Of a DNA stretch of 32,000 nucleotides, positions 23,588-32,000 are shown one piece after another (position 1 is the first letter of the stretch; each line of letters opens with the position of its first letter). Made by a program: the position numbers and the translations under genes. The DNA lies in the NCBI GenBank assembly GCA_000743035.1, contig CP008936.1, positions 570,001 to 602,000 of the forward strand, given 5' to 3'. The notes under the pieces were generated by a model. The model saw only the letters and a program-made list of their open reading frames with translations, was not told where the DNA came from and ran no database searches. The stretch is from Candidatus Paracaedimonas acanthamoebae (lineage in GTDB: Bacteria; Pseudomonadota; Alphaproteobacteria; Caedimonadales; Caedimonadaceae).

Positions 23588-24910
23588 ATGAGGAAAATGA
23601 GGAATTTAGTTACTTTAATTTTAGGTGGTTTTCTTGTCGTAAAGTCCCTTCACGCAGAGCTTGTGATTGATGTGACCTCGGGCCGAGTCGAGCCTATGCC
23701 CATTGCCGTGACAGATTTTTATGGAGCAACACCTCAACTTGCTGCACTTGGGGCTCAAATTACGAAGATTATTAGTGACGACCTTGAAAGTTGTGGGCTC
23801 TTTAGGCCTTTGGATAAAATGTCGTTTATCCAAAGTCCTGCCCAACTTCGAGACCATATCAGGCATGCAGATTGGCGCCTTATTAATACGCAAACACTTG
23901 TGCGTGGTGAAATCAGACAACTCTCCGATGGACGTTTAAGGGTTGAATTCCGTCTCTTTGATGTGATCTCAGAAAAACAAATGGAAGGTCTAGCTTTTCC
24001 TTTTGATCCCAGACTCCAGCGTCGCATTGCTCATAAGATTGCGGATGCCATTTACAAGAGAGTGACGGGAGATGAAGGATATTTTGATACACGCATCGTT
24101 TATGTATCGCAAACAGGGCCTTTAACAAATGCACGCAGACGATTGGCAATTATGGATCAAGATGGGGCAAACGCGAGGCTTCTTAGCACAGGGGATACAA
24201 GCGTTTTGACACCGCGTTTTTCACCTGATGGACAGGAAATTGCGTATTTAGAGTTTGCGCGTCAACGAAATATGGCACCTCATGTTTATCGTATGCAGCT
24301 TTCAACACTTCAGCGTCAGCTTGTGGGAAATTTTAAAGGAATGACATTTGCACCTCATTATTCGCCTGATGGAAAAAATGTGGTGATGAGTTTTTCTGCG
24401 GGAGGACGAACCTCTCTTTATAAAATGAATATTCTTACGCGAACAGTTCAACGTTTAACAGATGGCCCTCTGATCGACACCTCACCATGTTATTCGCCTG
24501 ATGGTACGAAAATTGTTTTTAACTCCGATCGTGGTGGAAAACCTCAACTTTATATCATGTCTGCGAATGGCGGAGATGCTCAACGAATTAGTTTTGGTCA
24601 TGGGCGCTATATGACACCTGTATGGTCACCGCGAGGAGATTTAATTGCTTTTACGAAACAGCATGCCGGTAATTTTTACATCGGAGTGATACGTCCTGAT
24701 GGAACAGGAGAGCGCTTAATTGCACAGGGTTATGTGGTTGAAGATCCGTGCTGGTCCCCTAATGGGCGTGTGATCATGTTTACACGGATGGAACGTTCTG
24801 GAAAATCAAAGATTTATACAGTGGATATTACAGGGTATAATGAAAGGATATTGCCTACACCTGCAGGAATAGATGCTCGAGGGCCTTCTTGGTCTCCCCC
24901 CTTGAATTAA
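23588..24910 (+). CDS. tolB: Tol-Pal system beta-propeller protein TolB
   Basis: 440 aa with a signal peptide and repeated SPDG/PD40 motifs (FSPDGQEIAY, YSPDGKNVVM, YSPDGTKIVF, WSPRGDLIAF, WSPNGRVIMF). Confidence 0.95.
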   Translation: MRKMRNLVTLILGGFLVVKSLHAELVIDVTSGRVEPMPIAVTDFYGATPQLAALGAQITKIISDDLESCGLFRPLDKMSFIQSPAQLRDHIRHADWRLINTQTLVRGEIRQLSDGRLRVEFRLFDVISEKQMEGLAFPFDPRLQRRIAHKIADAIYKRVTGDEGYFDTRIVYVSQTGPLTNARRRLAIMDQDGANARLLSTGDTSVLTPRFSPDGQEIAYLEFARQRNMAPHVYRMQLSTLQRQLVGNFKGMTFAPHYSPDGKNVVMSFSAGGRTSLYKMNILTRTVQRLTDGPLIDTSPCYSPDGTKIVFNSDRGGKPQLYIMSANGGDAQRISFGHGRYMTPVWSPRGDLIAFTKQHAGNFYIGVIRPDGTGERLIAQGYVVEDPCWSPNGRVIMFTRMERSGKSKIYTVDITGYNERILPTPAGIDARGPSWSPPLN

Positions 24911-25023
24911 CATAATTTTTAGGTTATACTTACTTTACGTTGAGGTCAAATTGTAATATTGTGTGGAAAATTTTAAAATTTTCTGCAAAAATCTAAACAC
25001 CCTTAAAAAGGACAAAGAGGACA

Positions 25024-25491
25024 ATGAAAAAAGTATTAGCCGCTCTCGGCACAACACTTCTTCTCGCAGCTTGTGATACTTGCTGTGAAGACAAAGCTGC
25101 TACTGGTGGTTTTGATATCAATAGTGAAGCAACACCAGGTTCAGCTGCTGAATTCCATCAAGTTATTGGCGATACAGTACACTTTGGTTTTGATAAGCAT
25201 AACTTAACGACTGAAGGACAAACTGTACTTCATAAGCAAGCTGATTGGCTTAAGAAGTGGCCACAAACAAACGTTGTTGTAGAAGGTCATTGTGACATTC
25301 GCGGAACAACTGAATACAACATGGCTCTCGGTGAACGTCGTGCTCATGAAGTCAAGAAGTTCTTGGTTGGTCAAGGCATTGATACAAAGCGCGTAGAGAC
25401 TGTTAGCTACGGTAAAGAACACCCAGTTGCACAAGGTACAACTGAAGCAGATCACGCTAAGAACCGTCGCGGTGTGACAGTTCTTCGCTAG
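25024..25491 (+). CDS. pal: peptidoglycan-associated lipoprotein Pal (OmpA-like)
   Basis: Lipobox LLLAAC and an OmpA C-terminal domain (VVVEGHCDIRGTTEYNMALGERRA...KNRRGV). It follows tolB. Confidence 0.9.
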   Translation: MKKVLAALGTTLLLAACDTCCEDKAATGGFDINSEATPGSAAEFHQVIGDTVHFGFDKHNLTTEGQTVLHKQADWLKKWPQTNVVVEGHCDIRGTTEYNMALGERRAHEVKKFLVGQGIDTKRVETVSYGKEHPVAQGTTEADHAKNRRGVTVLR

Positions 25492-25512
25492 TTGCGACTT
25501 CTTTTTGCAAAT

Positions 25513-25546
25513 AAAATAGCCGGCCAGAAGCCGGCTATTTTTTTTG
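25513..25546 (+). terminator. rho-independent terminator of tolB-pal
   Basis: An 11-12 bp stem AAAATAGCCGG(C)/(G)CCGGCTATTTT is followed by a T-run, 22 nt after the pal stop. Confidence 0.85.
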
Positions 25547-25744
25547 TTCTCTTTCTTGCTTACCAAGACATATTTTTTAAGAAAGCATAATCTCAAACTT
25601 GTAATGATTGGGCTTATTTGTACGAGCATAGCTTTCTAATGGCTTTGAAAAAGGTTAACAAGTGCTTCATTGAAGACGAAAATAACTTGTAATATACATT
25701 GTTGTTAAACAAAGTGTGATTACTTAAAAAGAAAATTTAACTTC

Positions 25745-25792
25745 TAATAAAATTAAAAAAGGAGCTAGAAATGATTTTTCCAAGCTCCTTTT
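25745..25792 (-). terminator. rho-independent terminator of thrS-infC
   Basis: A 10-bp stem AAAAGGAGCT/AGCTCCTTTT with a 16-nt loop is followed on the minus strand by TTTTTTAATTTT, about 22 nt after the infC stop. Confidence 0.7.
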
Positions 25793-25813
25793 AGGTATTA
25801 ATAAAAAATAGGC

Positions 25814-26383
25814 TTACTGTTTTGGAGCTAGCACCATAATCATTTGTTTACCTTCAAGCTTAGGATGTTGCTCAATTTTAACTTCCTCACCAAATTCTAT
25901 GCATACTCTCTTAAGAATATCCATACCGATATCTTGGTGATCCATTTCACGACCGCGGAAGCGTAAGGTAACTTTGACTTTATCTCCTTCTTCAATAAAT
26001 CTTTTCATGTTTCGAAGCTTGGTCTGATAATCATGCTCTTCAATCATAGGGCGAAGTTTGACTTCTTTAACCTCAATGATCTTTTGCTTTTTACGTTCTT
26101 GAGCTTTCTTTTTCTGGGCTTCGTATTTAAACTTACCATAGTTTAAGATTTTGCAGACAGGTGGGTCCACATTCGGAGAAATTTCCACAAGATCAAGGCC
26201 AGCTTCAGCTGCCATGTCAAGTGCTTCTCTGACATTTACAATGCCAACCATGTTGCCATTTTCATCGATTAATCTAATTTTTGGGGTCCTGATTGCTTCA
26301 TTGACACGATGGCTTTCAGACGTTGGGCCTTTCGTTGGGCCAAAAGGTCTATTGATGGTTGTATCTCCTTTTTTTAAAATCAT
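25814..26383 (-). CDS. infC: translation initiation factor IF-3
   Basis: [63 protein letters not shown] is the canonical IF3 sequence. The gene lies 17 nt downstream of thrS. The start codon is ambiguous (see finding). Confidence 0.9.
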   Translation of the reverse strand: MILKKGDTTINRPFGPTKGPTSESHRVNEAIRTPKIRLIDENGNMVGIVNVREALDMAAEAGLDLVEISPNVDPPVCKILNYGKFKYEAQKKKAQERKKQKIIEVKEVKLRPMIEEHDYQTKLRNMKRFIEEGDKVKVTLRFRGREMDHQDIGMDILKRVCIEFGEEVKIEQHPKLEGKQMIMVLAPKQ

Positions 26384-26400
26384 AATTTACTCTCACCCTT

Positions 26401-28314
26401 TTAAGCAGGTGGTTGTGCTTCTGCTCTTAGTTTAGCAATTGCATCTTCAAGTGCAAGTATTTCTTGCATTTCACCGCCTAAACGACGAATCGCCACTGTG
26501 CGTTCTTGTGCTTCTCGTTTACCAACAACAAAGATATAAGGGACTTTAGCAAGACTCAACTCACGAATTTTATAATTAATTTTTTCATTTCTTAGATCCG
26601 TTTCAACACGTAAATCATAAGACTTAAGCAACTCAGAAATTTCATGTGCATAATCATGGCTCTCATCTGTAATGGTTGCAACAGCTATTTGTGTCGGAGC
26701 CAACCAAAGAGGGAATTTTCCGGCATAATGTTCAATAAGGACGCCAATAAAGCGCTCTAAAGACCCTAAAATAGCTCGATGTAACATGACAGGGTGGTGT
26801 TTTTGACCATCTTCACCCACATATGAGGCCTCAAGACGCTGAGGAAGCACAAAATCAACTTGGAATGTTCCACACTGCCATTCACGACCAATAGCATCTC
26901 GAAGACAAAATTCTAATTTAGGGCCATAAAAAGCACCTTCTCCAGGGTTGAGGATAAATTCAAGACCTGTTTCTAAAGCTGCTTCTCGTAAAGCTTGTTC
27001 TGCTTGGTCCCATACTTCATCTGAGCCAGCCCGCTTTTCGGGGCGATCCGAGAATTTTACAAATACGTGTTCAAACCCTAAATCCTTATAAACACGTTGT
27101 AATAATTGGCAGAAGGTCTTAGTTTCTGATGTAATTTGTTCAGGTGTGCAAAAAATATGCGCATCATCTTGCACAAAAGCCCGTACGCGCATAATGCCGT
27201 GCAGGGATCCTGAGGGTTCATTGCGATGACATGATCCAAATTCAGCCATTCTTAAAGGTAAATCGCGGTAACTTTTGATACCTTGGCGAAAAATTTGGAT
27301 ATGGCAGGGACAATTCATAGGCTTGACCACCATAACTTTTGTTTCATCATCATGCGACGTAAACATGTTTTCACGGAATTTTTCCCAGTGACCTGAGGCC
27401 TCCCATAAGGAACGATCCACCATAATGGGCGTATTTACTTCAACATAGCCGCTTTGCTTAATAAGGCGACGAATATAGTTCTGGAGAGTTTGATAAATTT
27501 CCCATCCTTTGGGATGCCAAAAGACAGAGCCAGGTGCTTCCTCATGAAGATGGAAGAGATCCATTTCACGGCCAAGCTTACGATGGTCCCGCTTTTCAGC
27601 TTCTTCTAACTGATGGAGGTAATCTTTCAATTGTTGCTCTGTGGCCCAAGCTGTTCCATAAATACGTTGAAGCATGGGGTTACGGTGATCTCCACGCCAG
27701 TATGCGCCAGCAAGCTTCATCAATTTAAAAGCTTTACCAATACGAGCGGTGGAAGGAAGGTGAGGACCTCGGCAAAGATCAAGGAACTTTCCTTGTTTAT
27801 AAAGGGTCACTTCTTCGTCTTGTGGAAGATCTGAAATAATCTCAGCCTTAAAATGTTCACCAATTGATTTAAAATAGGCAATAGCGTCATCTCGTTGCCA
27901 AACTTGACGTTCAATAGCCTCATCCCGATCTACAATCTCAGCCATTCTTTTCTCGAGTTGCTCAAGATCAGCTGGCGTGAAAGATTCTGCGCGGTAGATA
28001 TCGTAGTAAAAACCATTATCAATGGCAGGGCCAATTGTAATTTGGGCTTCAGGATAAAGTTCTTTAATTGCTTCCGCTAATAGATGCGCGACATCATGGC
28101 GAAGGATTTCAAGCGCTTCGGGTTGTTGACGAGTAATGATTTCAATCTTTGCATCGGCTGTGATGGGACGGTTAAGATCCCAAAGGTCTTCATTTACCCT
28201 AACGACAATTGCTTCTTTTGCAAGCCGAGGGCCAATGCTACTTGCAATCTCATGACCTGTAACTTCTTTTTCATAAGAACGAGAAGAACCATCAGGCAGT
28301 GTTATTAAAACCAT
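26401..28314 (-). CDS. thrS: threonine--tRNA ligase
   Basis: 637 aa with a TGS N-terminus ([10 protein letters not shown]), an editing domain, and class II core motifs ([26 protein letters not shown]). Confidence 0.95.
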   Translation of the reverse strand: MVLITLPDGSSRSYEKEVTGHEIASSIGPRLAKEAIVVRVNEDLWDLNRPITADAKIEIITRQQPEALEILRHDVAHLLAEAIKELYPEAQITIGPAIDNGFYYDIYRAESFTPADLEQLEKRMAEIVDRDEAIERQVWQRDDAIAYFKSIGEHFKAEIISDLPQDEEVTLYKQGKFLDLCRGPHLPSTARIGKAFKLMKLAGAYWRGDHRNPMLQRIYGTAWATEQQLKDYLHQLEEAEKRDHRKLGREMDLFHLHEEAPGSVFWHPKGWEIYQTLQNYIRRLIKQSGYVEVNTPIMVDRSLWEASGHWEKFRENMFTSHDDETKVMVVKPMNCPCHIQIFRQGIKSYRDLPLRMAEFGSCHRNEPSGSLHGIMRVRAFVQDDAHIFCTPEQITSETKTFCQLLQRVYKDLGFEHVFVKFSDRPEKRAGSDEVWDQAEQALREAALETGLEFILNPGEGAFYGPKLEFCLRDAIGREWQCGTFQVDFVLPQRLEASYVGEDGQKHHPVMLHRAILGSLERFIGVLIEHYAGKFPLWLAPTQIAVATITDESHDYAHEISELLKSYDLRVETDLRNEKINYKIRELSLAKVPYIFVVGKREAQERTVAIRRLGGEMQEILALEDAIAKLRAEAQPPA

Positions 28315-28547
28315 TTTAACCTCTTAAAAACTGTGTCTTGGAATTTACAGAAGGAGCCCTCAAGGTGCAAGCACAAGTTATTTCTTTTATTTAAGATTTT
28401 TGCTAAACTGTTACTTGGATGTAAATATCCAAAAATTATGTAGGAGAAAGATTATGATCCAGATTCAACCAATTAGCTTTCGATTTAGTCACTTTATATC
28501 AAAAACAAATGATCAAAAAGTTAAACGATATAAAATGGAGCCTAAAA

Positions 28548-29549
28548 ATGTTATTAAATATCAAGAGAAATCAATTAAATAAACGTCATCTAAGAATTCT
28601 TCTTATTTCTGTTCTTATTCTTCTTTTTCCTAATTTATCATTTTCCCACTCTGAAATTCCTTTGATTGCCATCACTCAAATCGTTGCGCACCCTGCCATT
28701 GATGCTATTCGTGAAGGAGCTTCAAAGGCTTTAGAAGAAGCTGGCCTTAAGAAAGAAAAAGATTTTAAGTGGATCTATAAAAACGCTCAAGGGAATCAAT
28801 CAATTAATATTCAAATTGCTCAAAAATTAATTGGCATGAGACCGAAGGTTATCTTAGCCATTTCAACGCCAAGTGCTCAAGCGATCATGGCCAATATGAA
28901 AAGTGAGGGGATACCGCTTGTCTTTGGGGCTGTTTCAGATCCTGTTAAATCTAAAGTGGTGTCAACTTTAGAAAAAAACGCGGGAACAGTCACAGGTGTT
29001 AGTGACGCACCACCTCTTACAGCCCAAATTCTTCTTATTCAAACAATGGTTCCTCATCTCAAGAATTTAGGGGTTCTTTATAATCCTAGTGAAATAAATT
29101 CAGTCAATACCCTCAATACCTTAAAACATCACTTGGTTGGTAAAGGAATAAACTTGATCGCAGCGCCTGTCGTTAACTCTTCTATTCTCTTGGGAGCGGC
29201 TCAGAAGCTCGTGGGGCAGGTTGATGCCATTTATATCCCTCAAGATAATATGATTATCTCCGCCATAGAGGCGCTTATTCGGCTCCAAGCTCAACATAAA
29301 CTTCCTATTTTTACGAGTGATCAAGGCTCTGTTCAACAAGGTGCTTTAGCATGTGTTGGAATAAATTATTTCGAATCTGGTAAAGTTGCCGGAGAAATGA
29401 TTTTAAAAATTTTAAATGGGGAGAAGGCGGGTTCTATCCCAACCCATTTTCCAAATAGCGTCGAAGTTTACCTTAATATGAAGGTGCTTCATAAATTAGG
29501 GTTAAAGTTACCAAAGTTTGAGAAGCTGAGAGTCATCCCCCTGACTTAG
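28548..29549 (+). CDS. ABC transporter substrate-binding protein (ABC_sub_bind/PF04392-like), orphan
   Basis: I trimmed the start to MLLNIKRNQLNKRHLRILLISVLILLFPNLSFS (signal peptide). IAITQIVAHPAIDAIREG...VDAIYIPQDNMI resembles the PF04392 family. No permease or ATPase gene is adjacent. Confidence 0.65.
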   Translation: MLLNIKRNQLNKRHLRILLISVLILLFPNLSFSHSEIPLIAITQIVAHPAIDAIREGASKALEEAGLKKEKDFKWIYKNAQGNQSINIQIAQKLIGMRPKVILAISTPSAQAIMANMKSEGIPLVFGAVSDPVKSKVVSTLEKNAGTVTGVSDAPPLTAQILLIQTMVPHLKNLGVLYNPSEINSVNTLNTLKHHLVGKGINLIAAPVVNSSILLGAAQKLVGQVDAIYIPQDNMIISAIEALIRLQAQHKLPIFTSDQGSVQQGALACVGINYFESGKVAGEMILKILNGEKAGSIPTHFPNSVEVYLNMKVLHKLGLKLPKFEKLRVIPLT

Positions 29550-29629
29550 CTCTAAGGAATGGGGCCTTTTTTACTAGCCACATCGATGAAAACTGATTAT
29601 GAGGGTAAGGAAAACAATAGGAGTGCAGA

Positions 29630-31160
29630 GTGAAGCCGCCGTTCTATATTACAACCCCGATTTATTATGTGAATGATGTACCTCATATTGGTCATGCGTA
29701 TACGACAATTGCATCAGATATGATGGCCCGCTTTGCAAGAATGGAAGGCCGAGAGGTCTTATTCTTAACAGGAACGGATGAACATGGCCAAAAAATCCAA
29801 AAAGCAGCGCAAGCAGGAGGGACAGATCCTAAAGCTTTTGTGGATCAGGTTTCTGAGAGGTTTAGACAATTAACACCGTTATTTCATTTATCCAATGACC
29901 AATTCATCCGAACGACAGAAGAACGCCATATACAGTCAGCCCAGGCTTTATGGGCCAAAATGAAAGAGCGAGGATTCATTTATAAAGGAGGATATGCAGG
30001 ATGGTATGCTGTCCGGGATGAAGCTTTTTATGCGGAGTCTGAACTTATTAATGGCAAAGCGCCAACAGGAGCAGATGTCGAGTGGGTAGAAGAGCCCAGC
30101 TATTTCTTTAAACTTTCTTCTTTTCAAGAGCCTTTGCTTGCATTCTATCGGGATAATCCTCATTTTATTGGGCCAGAAACGCGACGGAATGAAGTTATTC
30201 GATTTGTGGAAGGAGGTCTCAATGATCTTTCCATTTCACGTTCTTCCTTTAAGTGGGGAGTCCCCGTGCCGGATGATCCAGACCATGTCATGTATGTGTG
30301 GGTTGATGCGCTTGCAAACTATATTACAGCTCTTGGGTATCCAGATGAAAATGCGGCTGATTTTAAAAAATTTTGGCCAGAAGCCCTCCATATTATTGGA
30401 AAAGATATTCTTCGTTTTCATGCCATTTATTGGCCTGCCTTTTTGATGGCCGCTGGTTTAACACCTCCAAAGCGCCTTTATGCACATGGATGGTGGACCA
30501 ATGAAGGACAAAAAAATCTCAAAATCTGTGGGCAATACAATCGATCCTGTTGAGCTTGTGGAAACTTATGGGGTGGACCAAGTACGTTATTTCCTTTTGC
30601 GTGAGGTGCCTTTTGGCCAGGATGGAGATTTCTCCCGCACCGCTCTTGAGCAGCGTATTAATTCCGATCTTGCAAATGATTTTGGAAATTTAGCGCAACG
30701 CGTTCTTTCATTTGTTTATAAGAATGCTGACGCAAAAGTACCAACACCATCTTCTTTTACCGAGCAAGATGAGATGCTTTTAAAGGCTGCACAAGAGCTG
30801 TTGCCACGCTTGTGTGAGAATTTTGAAAAACAAGCACTTCACCGCATGATTGAAGCGATTTGGGAGCTTGTGGGAGCGGCTAACCGATATGTAGATGCTG
30901 AGCAGCCTTGGGCTTTAAAGAAATCAGACACTGTGCGGATGGCGACAGTTCTTTATGTTCTCTTAGAGGTTTTGCGGCATTTGGCATTTTATGTGGCTCC
31001 CATCATACCGCAGACATCTGAAAGATTGCTGGCATTACTCGGTATTTCAGAGGCAAGCATTTCGTTTAAAGATTTAATTGAAAAGAAGCTTCAAAGTGGT
31101 GTGCAATTGCCGCAACCAGAAGGATTATTCCCCCGGATTGAAAAGGAGCGCAAAGAATGA
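29630..31160 (+). pseudogene. metG: methionine--tRNA ligase, interrupted as sequenced by a 1-nt frameshift in an A7 run
   Basis: The N-terminal ORF 29630..30553 (GTG start, HIGH motif VPHIGHAYT) and the C-terminal ORF 30480..31160 ([12 protein letters not shown]..., anticodon-binding domain) are both MetRS. Removing one A from 30510-30516 fuses them into about 509 aa. Confidence 0.85.
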
Positions 31161-31903
31161 ATCAAAAAAATGAGAAATTGATTGTTGCAAACTGGAAAAT
31201 GAATGGGACACTAGAATTTTCTAGGGATTTAGCTGCTGATCTTGCTGAAAAGTGGCATACAAGTTCATCTTCTCATCAAATTGTTGTATGCCCGCCGTTT
31301 CCTTATCTATCAATTACCTTAAATCGTTTATTTGGAACAAAAATAGCGTGTGGGGGGCAAGATTGCTCGAGACATGAAAAGGGGGCTTATACAGGAGAGG
31401 TTAGCGCTCTTATGCTGAAAGACATTGGGTGCAGTTATGTGATTATTGGGCACTCTGAGCGTAGACAGCATCATCAAGAGATAAACGAGCTTATTCATCA
31501 AAAAGCAGAAATTGCGCTTAAGTCAGGTCTAAAACCAATTATATGTATTGGTGAAACTCTCGCTGATCGAGAAGGGCAAAAGACTTTAAGAATTCTTGAA
31601 GAGCAGCTTCAGGAATCAGTACCTGATAGTGATCAAGAGTTTGCCATTGCTTATGAACCTGTGTGGGCGATTGGCACTGGTAAGACAGCAACGACAGCTG
31701 AAATTTTAGAAGTGCATACTTTTATCCGGGCATGGCTTCAAAAAAACCGTAGGAAAGCTTCAAGTACGCCAATCCTTTATGGAGGATCGGTGACTGAACA
31801 AAATGCACAAGAAATTCTTTCTCTTGAAAATGTCAATGGCGTGCTTGTGGGGGGTGCTAGCCTTAAAGCAGAGACTTTCTGGCAGATTGTGCGAGCAGCC
31901 TAG
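31157..31903 (+). CDS. tpiA: triose-phosphate isomerase
   Basis: 248 aa with the motifs ANWKMNG, IIGHSERR and AYEPVWAIGTG. The start overlaps the metG stop (ATGA). Confidence 0.95.
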   Translation: MNQKNEKLIVANWKMNGTLEFSRDLAADLAEKWHTSSSSHQIVVCPPFPYLSITLNRLFGTKIACGGQDCSRHEKGAYTGEVSALMLKDIGCSYVIIGHSERRQHHQEINELIHQKAEIALKSGLKPIICIGETLADREGQKTLRILEEQLQESVPDSDQEFAIAYEPVWAIGTGKTATTAEILEVHTFIRAWLQKNRRKASSTPILYGGSVTEQNAQEILSLENVNGVLVGGASLKAETFWQIVRAA

Positions 31904-32000
31904 TACTGGGCTCTTTAAATGTGCAAAATAGCCCTAATAGCATTATGATGCTTCATTTGGTCTCAAATTCTTTTGTCTCCGTATTAGGGATAGCTGCAGA

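Noticed and set aside
31945-32000. Possible start of a downstream gene (ATGATGCTTCATTTGGTCTCAAATTCTTTTGTCTCCGTATTAGGG...; hydrophobic, and secG often follows tpiA)
   Set aside because: Only about 18 codons are visible, there is no convincing RBS, and the sequence is not diagnostic. This is too little evidence to call.

Overview
Moderately AT-rich chromosome segment that looks alphaproteobacterial: short ProRS without an editing insertion, ihfA, ybgC-tolQRA...tolB-pal, and RcGTA-type head and packaging genes. Eukaryote-like F-box and LRR proteins suggest an intracellular or protist-associated lifestyle; that is inference only. Housekeeping genes present are ihfA, tag, fumC, tadA, lolD plus a LolC/E permease, proS, apaG, ybgC-tolQ-tolR-tolA, tolB-pal, infC, thrS, an orphan ABC substrate-binding protein, metG (frameshifted as sequenced) and tpiA. 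Accessory content is more unusual. (1) Two collinear, diverged copies of a roughly 1.1-1.25 kb ORF-less module (1683-2760 and 22328-23587) each start with the same promoter-like architecture. Both are packed with one family of palindromic repeats and end at the RBS of a gene cut off from its normal operon partners (portal; tolB). (2) The gene-transfer-agent/HK97-like module is fragmented: portal and prohead protease lie at 2762-4535, and the large terminase lies 12 kb away on the other strand next to an LRR/F-box gene. No capsid gene is visible. (3) A Phd-VapC toxin-antitoxin cassette has a perfect consensus promoter and is bracketed by the protease 3' end and a decayed second copy of it. (4) Two tandem paralogous small secreted-protein cassettes share a palindrome upstream of the start codon. 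(5) Two F-box proteins carry signal-peptide-like N-termini. I saw no rRNA, tRNA, CRISPR array or transposase. All calls come from reading the sequence and ORF track by eye; no database search was possible, and start codons are approximate.
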